64,000 nucleotides of DNA from an uncultured Azoarcus sp. (GCA_963975885.1 CAXBIS010000011.1:54977-118976), one strand, 5' to 3'. Shown: positions 36,084-46,579, counted from the first letter of the stretch. Made by a program: numbers and translations. Notes: a model not told the origin generated them from the letters alone.

Positions 36084-37592
36084 TCAGAAACGCGGCAGCT
36101 CCGGGTGCGGCAGATCGCCACCCTTGACGTGCAGCCGCCCGTATTCGGCACAGCGGTTGAGCGTGGGGATGGCCTTGCCGGGGTTGAGCAGACCGTCCGG
36201 GTCGAAGGCCGCCTTGACGCGGAAGAAGGCATCCAGCGTGGCGCGATCGAACTGATTGCACATCTGGTTGATCTTCTCCACGCCGACGCCGTGCTCACCG
36301 GTCACCGTGCCACCGAGCGCGATCGACAGTTCCAGGATGTCGGCACCGAATTCCTCGGCGCGATGCAGTTCGCCCTCCTTGTTCGCATCGAACAGGATCA
36401 GCGGATGCAGGTTGCCGTCGCCGGCGTGGAACACGTTGAGACACCCCAGGCCGTACTTCTTCTCCATGCCGGCGATGGCGTCGAGCATCTCGCCCAGGCG
36501 CTTGCGCGGAATGGTGCCGTCCATGCAGTAGTAGTCGGGCGAGAGCCGCCCGGCGGCCGGGAAGGCGGCCTTGCGTCCGGCCCAGAATCGCAGGCGCTCG
36601 GCCTCGTCGCGCGAGACGCGGATCTCGGTGGCGCCAGCCGCCTCGAGCACCTCGCGCATGCGCGCGACCTCCTCGGCCACTTCCTCGGGCGTGCCATCGG
36701 ACTCGCACAGCAGGATGGCCTTGGCGTCGAGCGGATAGCCGGCATGCACGAATTCCTCGACGGCGATGGTGGTCGGCTGGTCCATCATCTCCAGGCCGGC
36801 CGGAATGATGCCGGCTGCGATGACCGCGGCGACCGCATCGCCGGCCTTGATCACGTCGTCGAAGGCCGCCAGCACGCACTGCGCGAGCTGCGGCTTGGGT
36901 GTGAGGCGGACGGTGACCTCGGTGACCACCGCCAGCATGCCCTCCGAACCGATCATCGTCGCCAGCAGATCGTAGCCGGGCGCGTCGGGCGCGGCGGATC
37001 CGAACTCGACGACTTCGCCATCCATCGTCACGCCGCGCACGCGCAGCACGTTGTGCACGGTCAGACCGTACTTGAGGCAATGCACGCCGCCCGAGTTCTC
37101 GGCCACGTTGCCGCCGATGGTGCAGGCGATCTGCGAGGACGGGTCGGGCGCGTAGTACAGGCCGTGGGGCGCGGTGGCTTCGGAAATGGCCAGATTGCGC
37201 ACGCCCGGCTGCACCACCGCCGTGCGTGCCAGACGGTCGATGGAGACGATGCGGTTGAATTTGGCCAGTGAAAGCAGCACGCCGTGGGCATGCGGCAGCG
37301 CCCCGCCGGACAGGCCGGTGCCGGCACCGCGCGCGACAACCGGCACGCCCAACTCGCTGCAGGTGCGCAGGATGGCAACCACCTGCGCCTCGGTCGAGGG
37401 CAGCGCCACGACCATCGGCAACTGCCGGATCGCGGTCAGGCCGTCGCACTCGTAGGGGCGCACGTCCTCGGTGTCGTAGATCAATCCGCCCGGCGGCAGC
37501 AGCGGCGACAGGGCGGCGATCACGCGTGCGCGATCGACGCCGGAAAAATCGCGCTCGGCCACGTTCGGCGGCGCATCCAGCGTGGTGTTCAT
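36084..37592 (-). CDS. glcD: glycolate oxidase subunit GlcD (FAD-linked oxidase)
   Basis: 502 aa with an FAD_binding_4 domain (VVARGAGTGLSGGA) and an FAD-oxidase C-terminal domain (GTVTGEHGVG). Confidence 0.9.
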   Translation of the reverse strand: MNTTLDAPPNVAERDFSGVDRARVIAALSPLLPPGGLIYDTEDVRPYECDGLTAIRQLPMVVALPSTEAQVVAILRTCSELGVPVVARGAGTGLSGGALPHAHGVLLSLAKFNRIVSIDRLARTAVVQPGVRNLAISEATAPHGLYYAPDPSSQIACTIGGNVAENSGGVHCLKYGLTVHNVLRVRGVTMDGEVVEFGSAAPDAPGYDLLATMIGSEGMLAVVTEVTVRLTPKPQLAQCVLAAFDDVIKAGDAVAAVIAAGIIPAGLEMMDQPTTIAVEEFVHAGYPLDAKAILLCESDGTPEEVAEEVARMREVLEAAGATEIRVSRDEAERLRFWAGRKAAFPAAGRLSPDYYCMDGTIPRKRLGEMLDAIAGMEKKYGLGCLNVFHAGDGNLHPLILFDANKEGELHRAEEFGADILELSIALGGTVTGEHGVGVEKINQMCNQFDRATLDAFFRVKAAFDPDGLLNPGKAIPTLNRCAEYGRLHVKGGDLPHPELPRF

Positions 37593-38332
37593 GACTCCGT
37601 CTCCTCTTCGGCGAGCGCGCGCCAGCGCGCCGGATCCAGTCCCAGCCGGCGTGCCGCGCCGACCAGATGGGCCGCCGCGGCGCGACGCGCGCCGGGCGCG
37701 TCACCGGCCGCGATGGCCGCGAAAATGCGTTCATGCTCGCGCTGCGCGTCACGGGCACGCCCGGCGCGATGCCCTGCCGCGCTCCAGGTGGGCGCACGCG
37801 AACCCGAGAACTGCTGCCCGACGAACTGCTGGAAACGCGCCAGCGCGCGGTTGTGCGTGGCCTCGGCGATCGCCACATGGAAGGCGTCGTCGTCGACCAC
37901 CGCATCGGCCGCCTCTGCAAGCGCGGCGCGCATGCGCGCCAGCGCCGCGCCGATGCGCGCCAGATCGGCCGCGTCGCGCCGCTCGGCAGCGAGCGCCGCG
38001 GCTCCGGTCTCGACCACGTAACGCAGTTCGAACACGTCGGCCGCATCCTGCGGCAGCACGTCCGGCAGCGGCAAGCGGAACACGCCCTCCCCCGGGCGCG
38101 CCGCGACGAAGGCGCCCGAGCCCTGACGCGTGCGCACGCAGCCGTCGGCCTTGAGCCGCGCGACGGCCTCGCGGATCACCGCGCGACTGACCCCGAAGCG
38201 CTCGCACAGCACTTTCTCGGTCGGCAACTGCGTGCCCGGCGCGAAACCCTCGGCGCGCAGCCAGGCCTCGAGCGCATCGGCCACCTCGTCGGACAGGCGC
38301 GCCGGGCGTTGCGTCGTTTCGGGTGCGTTCAT
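37589..38332 (-). CDS. GntR/FadR-family transcriptional regulator (GlcC-like)
   Basis: From ATG 38332: a wHTH (LPTEKVLCERFGVSRAVIREAVARLKADG) plus an FCD-type C-terminal domain. The stop overlaps the glcD start (ATGA). Confidence 0.8.
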   Translation of the reverse strand: MNAPETTQRPARLSDEVADALEAWLRAEGFAPGTQLPTEKVLCERFGVSRAVIREAVARLKADGCVRTRQGSGAFVAARPGEGVFRLPLPDVLPQDAADVFELRYVVETGAAALAAERRDAADLARIGAALARMRAALAEAADAVVDDDAFHVAIAEATHNRALARFQQFVGQQFSGSRAPTWSAAGHRAGRARDAQREHERIFAAIAAGDAPGARRAAAAHLVGAARRLGLDPARWRALAEEETES

Positions 38333-38568
38333 GGCAGCGATCAAGTTGTCAGACAAATTGATGCTACGCCATCGCGCCGAGCGTGTCACCTGCGATCGTC
38401 GGAAGATATCGGCCCGCCTTGTTCGAGTAACTACATAGTATTGACAAACGAAAACACGGATGCTTCACTTACTACACAGTTACGCCACAACGTCCGCCCG
38501 ACAACAACAAGACGCTGGCCGCTGTACCCAAAGCTTCGCAACGTCACACCACAAGAGGAGGTCCGACG

Positions 38569-39564
38569 ATGTTCAAGCGTCACACACTCAAGCTCGCCGC
38601 CGCACTGTTCACGGCGTCCGCGCTGGTCACCACCGCTCACGCCGAGCGGCTTTCGATCTCGACCTGGGGCAGTCCCAAGCACCCGCAGGTGTCGCAGTTC
38701 ATCCCGCAGTTCGAAAAGAAGCTCGAAGAGAAAAGCGGTGGCAAGTTCCGCGTGCGCAGCTTCCAGGGCGGCGAGATGGTCAAGCAGGAATTCGTGCCGA
38801 CTGCGGTCCCTCAGGGCACGGTCGACATCTCGTTGACGACGATGGATACCTGGTCTGGCCGCATTCCCGAGGTTTCCATCCTGACCACGCCGCTGTGGAA
38901 CAAGTCCATGCAATGGACGCGCGACAACCTCAAGCCGGGCAACCCGATCTTCGACTACTACAACGCCAAGTTTCGTGAGCAGGGCGCGGTCATCCTGGTG
39001 ATGTTCGACATCGGCCCCCCGGTGCTGTCGACGAATTTCCCGGTGGCCCTGCCCGAGGACATGGAGCGCAAGTCGGTACGCGTGTATTCGCGCGGCGCAG
39101 GCCTGGTGATCCAGGAACTGGGCGCCTCGCCGGTGACGATGGGGGTCGGCGACGTGTATTCCGGTCTGCAGCGCGGCACCGTGGATGGCGCCATGGGCGG
39201 CCTGGGTGGCGCCGTGGGCCTGAAGCACTACGAAGTCACGACCAACATGTTCGTGCAGAACGGTGTCATCGGCACGCTGGTGCACGCCTACGTGATGAAC
39301 CGCGACAAGTACGAAAACATGGATCCCGAACTGCGCAAGGCGCTGGTCGCCGCCGCGGAGGAAGCGCGCGACGAGATGCAGCAGTACCTGATCGACATCT
39401 ACGCCAAGCAGGTCGAAGAGGTGCGCCAATCGGGCTCGACGGTCACGGTGCTCGATCCGGGCAGTGCCCAATGGAATGCCTGGGAGGATGCGCTGGCCGG
39501 CTTCACCGAGAAGGCCCGCAAGGAGTACCCGGCCGAGCTCGTCGAGCTCATCGCTGCTGAGTAA
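38569..39564 (+). CDS. TRAP transporter substrate-binding protein (DctP family)
   Basis: Signal peptide MFKRHTLKLAAALFTASALVTTAHA. 331 aa, DctP-like. Followed by the Q and M subunits. Confidence 0.85.
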   Translation: MFKRHTLKLAAALFTASALVTTAHAERLSISTWGSPKHPQVSQFIPQFEKKLEEKSGGKFRVRSFQGGEMVKQEFVPTAVPQGTVDISLTTMDTWSGRIPEVSILTTPLWNKSMQWTRDNLKPGNPIFDYYNAKFREQGAVILVMFDIGPPVLSTNFPVALPEDMERKSVRVYSRGAGLVIQELGASPVTMGVGDVYSGLQRGTVDGAMGGLGGAVGLKHYEVTTNMFVQNGVIGTLVHAYVMNRDKYENMDPELRKALVAAAEEARDEMQQYLIDIYAKQVEEVRQSGSTVTVLDPGSAQWNAWEDALAGFTEKARKEYPAELVELIAAE

Positions 39565-39627
39565 TGCACGAGGGGGCCGCCCCTGCGAGGGCGGCCCTGC
39601 ATCCGAACCCCTGCCAGGAGACCACCC

Positions 39628-40137
39628 ATGTCTTCCGTGCAAGAACCGACGGGCTTCGTCCGCACGCTCGAGACGACCGGCAAGCTGATGACCGGCTTGT
39701 CCGTGGCGCTGATGATCGTGCTCGCGCTACCCATCGTCTACGACGCGCTGTTGCGCGCCTTCGGCTACCCGACCATCTGGGTATTCGAGACCACGCTGTA
39801 TGCCTTCATTTTCATCGGCTTTCTCGGCAACGCGCTGGCCGTCAAGCGCGGGGCCCATTTTCGCGTGACCATCCTGGCTCAGCTCTTTCCGCGCGCCAAG
39901 CCAGCGCTGGACATGATCTCCAACGTGTCGGTGCTGCTGTTCGCACTGCTGGTGATCACTTCCGGGCTGTACTTCGCCTGGTACTCGTGGAGCAACTCCA
40001 TCGGCTCGTCGACGCTGCTCGAAGTACCGCTGTGGATTCCCAACCTGGCCATTCCGATCGGCGGGATCGGGCTGTTGCTGCAGACCATCGTGCAGATGTG
40101 CTGCGGCATGCCCGACCACGGCGAAGCCGGCGACTGA
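39628..40137 (+). CDS. TRAP transporter small permease (DctQ family)
   Basis: 169 aa, four TM helices. Positioned between the P and M subunits. Confidence 0.8.
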   Translation: MSSVQEPTGFVRTLETTGKLMTGLSVALMIVLALPIVYDALLRAFGYPTIWVFETTLYAFIFIGFLGNALAVKRGAHFRVTILAQLFPRAKPALDMISNVSVLLFALLVITSGLYFAWYSWSNSIGSSTLLEVPLWIPNLAIPIGGIGLLLQTIVQMCCGMPDHGEAGD

Positions 40138-40144
40138 GAGGCGC

Positions 40145-41437
40145 ATGATGGATTTCATCTACGACTACGGCGGTTTCATCGCGATCTTCCTGCTGTTCTT
40201 CTTCATGCTGCTGTCGATGCCGGTGTTCGTCGCGATGGGGCTGTCGGCCTTTCTCGCATCGTTGCTGCTCGAAGACCCGGTTCACGCCTTTCGCTCCTTC
40301 ATCCAGATCAGCTGGCAGGGTGCATCGATCTTCGAACTGGTGGCGCTGCCGCTGTTCATCCTGACCGGCACCATCATGCAGCGCACCGACGCGGGCCGCG
40401 ACCTGTTCGAGGTCACCAAGGCCTGGGCCGGCTCCATCCCCAATTCGCTGGGCGTGGCGACCATTCTGGCCTGCGGCATCTTCGCCGCGATCTCGGGCTC
40501 GAGCATCGCCACAGCCGCGACGGTGGGCCTGGTGGCGATCCCGCTGCTGCTCGACGAGGGCTACGGCCAGCGCCGCGCGGGCGGCTTCGTGGCCGGCGGC
40601 GGCACGCTGGGCATCATCATCCCGCCGTCGATCCCGCTGATCCTCTACGGCGTGATCACGGAGACCTCGATCGGCCAGCTGTTCATCGCCGGCGTGCTGC
40701 CGGGCGTGCTGATGATGTCGCTGTTCCTGCTCTACGTGGTGCTCTCGCGCCCGACCGTGCGTACCCGTCACGAAGTGCCGCTGGCCGAGAAGCTGCGCAT
40801 CACACGGCGCTCCATCGGCGTGATCCTGCTGCCACCGATCATCATCGCGGCGATCTACACCGGCGCGTTCACGCCCACCGAGGTCGGCGCACTGGCGGTC
40901 GTCTATGTGGCGATCCTGGGTTTCGCCCAGCGCCGTCTGGACTGGCCCAAGCTGCGCGAGGCGGCCATCGTCGCCACGGCGACGACCTCGATGCTGTTCA
41001 TGCTGATCGTGTTCGGCCAGTTCTTCGCCCACTTCCTGACCTTCGAGCAGGTTCCGCAGAGCATCGCCCAGGCCATCATCGACAACGCATCGGGCATCGC
41101 CGCGGTGACGCTGATGATCCTCGCCTATGTCGTGATGGGCATGTTTCTGGAGAGCGCGGCGATGCTGCTGATCTCCATCCCGATCTTCTATCCGGTCGCG
41201 ATGCAGCTGGGCATGGACCCATTGGTGTTCGGCATCTTCGCCTGCATCGCAATGGAGATCGCGCAGATCTCGCCGCCGATCGGGGTGAATCTGTTCACGA
41301 TCCACGGCATCTCGCGCATCAAGCTCGGGCGACTGGCACTGGGTGCGGCGCCTTTCCTGCTGATCCAGATCGCGATGCTGTACGTCGTCTATTTCTTCCC
41401 GGAATTGGTGCTGTGGCTCCCCAATTCCATGAAATGA
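40145..41437 (+). CDS. TRAP transporter large permease (DctM family)
   Basis: 430 aa, about 12 TM. GSSIATAATVG and IISPPIGVNLF motifs typical of DctM. Confidence 0.88.
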   Translation: MMDFIYDYGGFIAIFLLFFFMLLSMPVFVAMGLSAFLASLLLEDPVHAFRSFIQISWQGASIFELVALPLFILTGTIMQRTDAGRDLFEVTKAWAGSIPNSLGVATILACGIFAAISGSSIATAATVGLVAIPLLLDEGYGQRRAGGFVAGGGTLGIIIPPSIPLILYGVITETSIGQLFIAGVLPGVLMMSLFLLYVVLSRPTVRTRHEVPLAEKLRITRRSIGVILLPPIIIAAIYTGAFTPTEVGALAVVYVAILGFAQRRLDWPKLREAAIVATATTSMLFMLIVFGQFFAHFLTFEQVPQSIAQAIIDNASGIAAVTLMILAYVVMGMFLESAAMLLISIPIFYPVAMQLGMDPLVFGIFACIAMEIAQISPPIGVNLFTIHGISRIKLGRLALGAAPFLLIQIAMLYVVYFFPELVLWLPNSMK

Positions 41438-41481
41438 GCACTACCCGAGCCCGCCATACGTCATAACGAAGGATTGTTGCG

Positions 41482-42717
41482 ATGAAACTGACAGAAGAAG
41501 AGCGCGCGATGCTCGCCGGCGAGTTCGGCCAGCCGTGCAAATGGGCCATGGAACACATGATGCAGGTCGGCCGGCTGTTCGACGCCGAGGACTTCGTGCC
41601 GGTGTCGCAGGCGCACATGATGGCCGACCCCGAATCCCTGGGAGACGCCGGCGTGCGCTTTCTCGAGGAACAGGCTGCCGCCGGAGGGCGCGTGCGCATC
41701 CCGATGATCACCGACCCGCGCGGCGTCGACCTCTCCTACTACAAGGAACTGGGCCAGACCGAGGACATGGCGAATCTGGAGCGACGCACCATCGCCGCCT
41801 GCGGCAAGCTCGGCATCCTGATGACCGACACCTGCATCAACTACCAGACCATCATGCCGCCGGTACGCGGCGACCACGTGGCGTTCGGCGACACCGGCGT
41901 GGTGATCTACTGCAACAGCGTGCTCGGCGCGTATTCGAACTTCGAGGGTGGCCCGTCCGCGCTGGCCGCGGGGCTGACCGGGCGCACGCCGCGCTACGGC
42001 CTGCACCTGGACGCCAAGCGCCGCGGCACGCGCCGCTTCGTCGTGCGTCACCAGCCGCGCGGGCTGACGGACTGGGGCATTCTCGGCGGCATCGTAGGCC
42101 GTGCCAGCGGATCGTACTGGCAGGTGCCGGTGATCGAGGGTATCGAGCACGCGCCGTCCTCCGATGACATGAAGCACCTCGGGGCCGCAATGGCGAGCTA
42201 CGGCTCCACCCCGCTGTTCCACATCGTCGGCGTCACGCCCGAGGCGCCCACGCTCGCGGCCGTGTTCGACGGCACACCGCCGCCCGCCACCGAAATCGGC
42301 GAGTCCGACTACCGTGACTTCCAGGGCAGCTTCGGCGGACGCGGCGAGAAGGTCGACGTGGTGGTGTTCGCCGCGCCGCAACTGTCGCTGATCGAGATGT
42401 CGCGCGTGGCCGAACTGCTCGACGGGCGCCACATTCATGCCGACACCGCGATGATCGTGTGCACCTCGCCACCCGTGGCCGCCGACTGCGACCGCCTGGG
42501 CCTGACCGCGCGCATCGAGGCCGCCGGCGCCAAGGTGTTGCGCGGCACCTGCTTCTACCAGCAGTACGCGCGCGAGATGGGCGAGGCCAACGGTTGGCGT
42601 CGCCTGCTTTCCAATTCGACCAAGATCGTCAACATCATCGGCGGTTACGGCTATCAACCTTCGCTGGCGAGCATGGAGGCATGCGTCGACTCGGCGGTCG
42701 CAGGAGAAATCGTATGA
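41482..42717 (+). CDS. aconitase X catalytic subunit (DUF521)
   Basis: 411 aa: MKLTEEERAMLAGEFG...VSQAHM...TDTCINYQ...GDTGVVIYCNSVLGA...GGPSALAAGLTGRTPRYGLH. This matches the pattern of the AcnX large subunit. Confidence 0.8.
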   Translation: MKLTEEERAMLAGEFGQPCKWAMEHMMQVGRLFDAEDFVPVSQAHMMADPESLGDAGVRFLEEQAAAGGRVRIPMITDPRGVDLSYYKELGQTEDMANLERRTIAACGKLGILMTDTCINYQTIMPPVRGDHVAFGDTGVVIYCNSVLGAYSNFEGGPSALAAGLTGRTPRYGLHLDAKRRGTRRFVVRHQPRGLTDWGILGGIVGRASGSYWQVPVIEGIEHAPSSDDMKHLGAAMASYGSTPLFHIVGVTPEAPTLAAVFDGTPPPATEIGESDYRDFQGSFGGRGEKVDVVVFAAPQLSLIEMSRVAELLDGRHIHADTAMIVCTSPPVAADCDRLGLTARIEAAGAKVLRGTCFYQQYAREMGEANGWRRLLSNSTKIVNIIGGYGYQPSLASMEACVDSAVAGEIV

Positions 42718-43133
42718 GCACCATCCTCAAATGCCATGTCGGCGTCGGCAGCAAGGTGCGCGGACGCGCGCTGGTGGCCAACGACAACTTCTCGGCACGC
42801 TACGACCTGGATCGCCTCAAGGGCGTGTTCTCGCGCCCGGCCCACAAGCTCGTCGGCCAGTCCTACGTGGATCGCATCCTGGTACTCAACACCGCCAAGG
42901 GCGGCGTGGCCTCGGCCTGGATGCTGCACGAGATGCGCTCGCGCGACATGGCGCCGGCAGCGATCCTGTTCAACGAGGCCAACACCATCCTCGCCCAGGG
43001 TGCGGCACTGGCCGGCATGACGCTGTGCGACCGCTTCGCCGACGGCGACGTGACGCAGCTCATTCGCAGCGGCGACGAGTTGATCGTCGACCCGGAAGCC
43101 GGCACGGTCGAGATCGTCGCCTCGGTCGCATGA
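42714..43133 (+). CDS. aconitase X swivel-domain subunit (DUF126)
   Basis: 139 aa. The ATG overlaps the upstream stop. GRALVANDNFSARYDL...LVLNTAKGGVASAWML is typical of the AcnX small subunit. Confidence 0.8.
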   Translation: MSTILKCHVGVGSKVRGRALVANDNFSARYDLDRLKGVFSRPAHKLVGQSYVDRILVLNTAKGGVASAWMLHEMRSRDMAPAAILFNEANTILAQGAALAGMTLCDRFADGDVTQLIRSGDELIVDPEAGTVEIVASVA

Positions 43134-43214
43134 TCCACGCAGCCCCCGCCTCGGCGGGGCCATTTCCTCGACTCGCCCCGCCCACCCAGGCGGGGCGTCG
43201 CGGCTGGACGAAGC

Positions 43215-43988
43215 ATGGAAAACCTGCACCCATTGCAATACGCGGCAATTGGCTCGCTGTTCGTGTGGAGCGGCTTCGTGCGCGCCGGTCTGGGCTTTGG
43301 CGGCGCCGTGCTGGTGCTGCCGCTGCTGTTGTTGATTGTCGACGACGCGCTGGTTTTCCTGCCGTTGATCGCCGCGCACATGCTGGTGTTCGGGCTCTGG
43401 GCGGCGCTGCGCGGGGCATTGCAGCCAGCCGGCTCGGCGCCGGGCCGCACGCCCGGAATCGATTGGGCCTATCTGGCGCGCGCCACACCGTGGATGTTCC
43501 CCCCGGCCATCGTCGGCATCTTCGGTCTGCTGACGCTGCCGCCGCGCGTGACCAGCGCGATCATCTTCGCGATCGTCATCGCCTACGCGCTGGGCTACGT
43601 GTTCGCTCGCCCAATCCGCAGCCGCGGGCCCAAGAGCGACGCCGCCCTGCTCGCGCTGGGCGGCTACGTGATGGGCAACTCGCTGATCGGCGGGCCGCTG
43701 ATCGTCGCGGTGTTCGCTGCCCATGTCGCGCGAGAGCAATTGCGCGACACGCTGCTCGCGGCCTGGGTGGGCATGGTGGTGATCAAGCTCGTCTCCTTCG
43801 TCGCGGCCGGGGTCGACCTGCAACTGGTGCATCACGCCTGGCTGCTGCCATGCGCGCTGCTCGGCCACGTGGCCGGCCAACGCCTGCACGACCGACTGCT
43901 GCAGAGCGACCCGACACGCTTCTTCCGCGGGCTCGGCGTACTGCTGCTGGCGCTGGGAATCTTCGGCCTGATCGACACGCTGCGCTGA
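43215..43988 (+). CDS. TauE/SafE-family anion exporter (DUF81)
   Basis: 257 aa, about 7-8 TM. GFVRAGLGFGGAVLVLPLLLL motif. Confidence 0.75.
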   Translation: MENLHPLQYAAIGSLFVWSGFVRAGLGFGGAVLVLPLLLLIVDDALVFLPLIAAHMLVFGLWAALRGALQPAGSAPGRTPGIDWAYLARATPWMFPPAIVGIFGLLTLPPRVTSAIIFAIVIAYALGYVFARPIRSRGPKSDAALLALGGYVMGNSLIGGPLIVAVFAAHVAREQLRDTLLAAWVGMVVIKLVSFVAAGVDLQLVHHAWLLPCALLGHVAGQRLHDRLLQSDPTRFFRGLGVLLLALGIFGLIDTLR

Positions 43989-44037
43989 GCGCGCCGCGTC
44001 CCGGACTGCGACACAATGACGCGCTGGAGGAAAAGGG

Positions 44038-44823
44038 ATGGAGGCAATGACGGACCGCGCCGACGAGATCGTGCGCCGCATCCCGCGCGAGGGCAGCCGG
44101 CAAACCAAGCACGTGCAACTGCGCATGGCGATCAAGGCGTCGATCAGACAGGGCGTGTGGAAGCCGGGCGAGAAGCTGCCCACGGAGACCGAACTGGCGG
44201 ACCGGCTGCCGTTCAGCCTGGGCACCATCCAGCGCTGCTTCCGCGACCTGGTCGATGAGGGCATCGTGGTGCGAAAGCGCGGCCACGGCACCTTCATCCC
44301 GCCGCGCATCAAGGAATTGTTCGACCCCTGGCACATGCGCTTCCTGGCCGACGACGGAAAGAGCTTCCTGCCGGTCTATGCCCATGTGCTGCGCCGCTTC
44401 ACGATCACCGGCCACGGCCGCTGGACCGAGCACCTCGCTCAGCGCAACGAGAAGATCCTGCGCATCGACCGGCGCATGCAGATCGACGAGGAATTCTCGG
44501 TCTACGCGCGCTTCTACGCCTGCATCGACCGCGTCGCCAAGCTCGCCGAACTGCCCATCGAGTCGCTGCACAGCGCCAACATCAAGAAACTGATCGCGGC
44601 CGAGTTCAACACCCAACTCGCCACAGCACGCCACTACATCGAACAGGCGACGATTCCGGTACCCGGCTGTCTGGCCATCGGTGTGCCGGTCGGCACCACG
44701 GCCATTCTGGTAAGCTGCACGGCATTTTTCGGCTCCGGCCCGGCCGTCTACTATCAGGAATTCTTCGTGCCGCCGACCCGGCGCAAACTGTTCCTTGAGA
44801 GCCGGCTCGGACTGGGCCTGTGA
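44038..44823 (+). CDS. GntR-family regulator, HutC subfamily (UTRA domain)
   Basis: A wHTH (LPTETELADRLPFSLGTIQRCFRDLVDEGIVVRKRGHGTF) followed by a UTRA-like C-terminal half. Confidence 0.8.
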   Translation: MEAMTDRADEIVRRIPREGSRQTKHVQLRMAIKASIRQGVWKPGEKLPTETELADRLPFSLGTIQRCFRDLVDEGIVVRKRGHGTFIPPRIKELFDPWHMRFLADDGKSFLPVYAHVLRRFTITGHGRWTEHLAQRNEKILRIDRRMQIDEEFSVYARFYACIDRVAKLAELPIESLHSANIKKLIAAEFNTQLATARHYIEQATIPVPGCLAIGVPVGTTAILVSCTAFFGSGPAVYYQEFFVPPTRRKLFLESRLGLGL

Positions 44824-44848
44824 ATCGGTAATCACCTCCTTCGCCCGC

Positions 44849-46579
44849 ATGAACCAGCCCCCCGCGACCTGGCGCGACCGCCTGATGCCTTTCCTCGCCT
44901 GGCCCGCGCAATGGCGCGCGCTGGGCGTGCGCGGCGACATCATCGCCGGCATCACCGTCGGTCTGGTGCTGGTGCCACAGGCGCTGGCGTATGCGCAGCT
45001 GGCAGGGCTGCCGCCGCACATCGGCCTGTACGCGGCGCTGCTGCCGGCCATCGTGGGCGCGCTATTCGGCTCCTGCGGCGCGATCGCCACCGGCCCGGTG
45101 GCGCTGACCTCACTGCTCACTGGAGCGAGCGTGATCGCGGTGGCGCGCCCCGGCACCGAGGGTTTTCTCGAAGCGGCCATCGTGCTCGCCCTGCTCTCGG
45201 GCCTGATCCAGCTCGCGCTCGGGGGGCTACGCCTGGGCTGGCTGCTGAAGCTGCTCTCGCGCCCGGTCATGACCGGCTTCATCAGCGCTTCCGCGCTGCT
45301 CATCGCGCTGTCCCAGGTGCCGTCGATGCTGGGCCTGCGCATGACGCGCTCCGAGCATTTCATGGTCGATTTTTTGACCATGCTGACCACCTTCACGGAC
45401 CTGCACCTGCCAGCGCTGGTGTTTGGCCTGGCCACGCTGGCGGCGTTGATCGTCATGCGGCGGCTCGCGCCCAAACTGCCCGGGGTGCTGATCGTGGTCG
45501 CCATCGCCACCACCATCTCTGCGGCCACGGGCTTCGAAGCCGGCGGCGGGCGGGTCGTCGGCCACGTACCGCAGGGCTTGCCCGACTTCGTGCTGCCTGC
45601 ATTCGAGTGGAACCTGATCATCGCGCTGCTGCCAGCCGCCTTCGTGATCGCGCTGGTGAGCTTCATGGAGGTCACCGCCAGCGCCAGCGTGATCACTGCC
45701 CGCACAGGCGAGCGCTGGCGACAGAATCAGGAACTGATCGGTCAGGGCCTGGCCAAGATCGCGGCGGCCTTCAGCGGCGGCATGCCGGTGTCGGGCTCGT
45801 TCTCGCGCTCGGCCCTGAATTTCGCCACCGGCGCACATACCGGTCTTTCGTCGATCGTCTCGGCGACCTTCGTCGTCGTCACGCTGCTGTTCCTGACGCC
45901 GCTGCTGTGGCACCTGCCGGTTGCGGCGCTGGCCGCCGTCATCGTGCTGGTGGTATTCAATCTGCTCGACCCGGCCGCTTTCCGCCGTACCTGGCTGGCA
46001 GGTCGCGACGACGGCATCGCGGCGACGGCGACCTTCGTATCCACGCTGGCCTTCGCGCCCAACATCCAGAACGGCATCCTGGTCGGACTGCTGATCTCGC
46101 TCTCCTTGATGCTCTATCGCGACATGCAGCCGCGCGTGGCGCTGCTTGGCCTGCACGAGGACGGCACGTACCGCGATCGCGAGCGCTTCGGCCTGCCCCA
46201 CCCGCACCCGAATCTGGTGATCATGCGCTTCGACAGCGCGCTGACCTTCGTCACCTCGGAACTGTTCGAGGACGCCGCGGCCGACGCGCTGCGCGCGCAG
46301 CCCGACGTCAAGGTGTTGCTGGTCTCGGCCGCCGGCATCAACAACGTCGACTCGACCGGACTGGACGCGATCTCGGCACTGCATGCGCGCGCCATCGCGG
46401 AGCAGCGCACGCTGGCCTTCTGCGGGTTGAAGAAGCAGATCATCGACGCAATGGAGCGCACCGGCCTTTGGGAGCGCCTGCAGCCGCACGCGCATTACCG
46501 CACCGAGCAGCACGCGCTCGAAGTCCTGCTGGCGGAGTTGCCCCCACCACCGGAAGATGACACCCCGTCGGCCGATTAA
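44849..46579 (+). CDS. SulP-family anion transporter with C-terminal STAS domain
   Basis: From ATG 44849: [28 protein letters not shown] (SulP signature), a multi-TM core, and a C-terminal STAS domain ([15 protein letters not shown]). Confidence 0.88.
   Translation: MNQPPATWRDRLMPFLAWPAQWRALGVRGDIIAGITVGLVLVPQALAYAQLAGLPPHIGLYAALLPAIVGALFGSCGAIATGPVALTSLLTGASVIAVARPGTEGFLEAAIVLALLSGLIQLALGGLRLGWLLKLLSRPVMTGFISASALLIALSQVPSMLGLRMTRSEHFMVDFLTMLTTFTDLHLPALVFGLATLAALIVMRRLAPKLPGVLIVVAIATTISAATGFEAGGGRVVGHVPQGLPDFVLPAFEWNLIIALLPAAFVIALVSFMEVTASASVITARTGERWRQNQELIGQGLAKIAAAFSGGMPVSGSFSRSALNFATGAHTGLSSIVSATFVVVTLLFLTPLLWHLPVAALAAVIVLVVFNLLDPAAFRRTWLAGRDDGIAATATFVSTLAFAPNIQNGILVGLLISLSLMLYRDMQPRVALLGLHEDGTYRDRERFGLPHPHPNLVIMRFDSALTFVTSELFEDAAADALRAQPDVKVLLVSAAGINNVDSTGLDAISALHARAIAEQRTLAFCGLKKQIIDAMERTGLWERLQPHAHYRTEQHALEVLLAELPPPPEDDTPSAD

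Noticed and set aside
35966-36298. A 110-aa minus-strand ORF overlapping the 3' end of glcD.
   Set aside because: Only its last 38 codons, from the ATG right after the glcD stop, are plausible. The upstream 72 codons are an out-of-frame overlap with glcD.
33585-37271. A 1228-aa plus-strand ORF. The track also shows many other long ORFs antisense to confidently assigned genes, e.g. 1597-2571(-), 4177-5469(-), 24576-25700(+), 26779-28134(-), 36295-38046(-), 38431-39642(-), 39956-41305(-), 41461-42657(-), 42654-44336(-), 43783-45705(-), 45227-46618(-), 47350-48429(-), 48666-49601(-), 49675-50859(+), 60660-62051(-) and 62546-63898(-).
   Set aside because: These are typical high-GC shadow ORFs. 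Their composition is Arg/Ala/Gly/Pro-rich and low-complexity, with no recognisable motifs. They lie exactly opposite genes that have strong family signatures (glcDEF, TRAP, AcnX, SulP, obg, proB, glpK, amiC, ileS and others).
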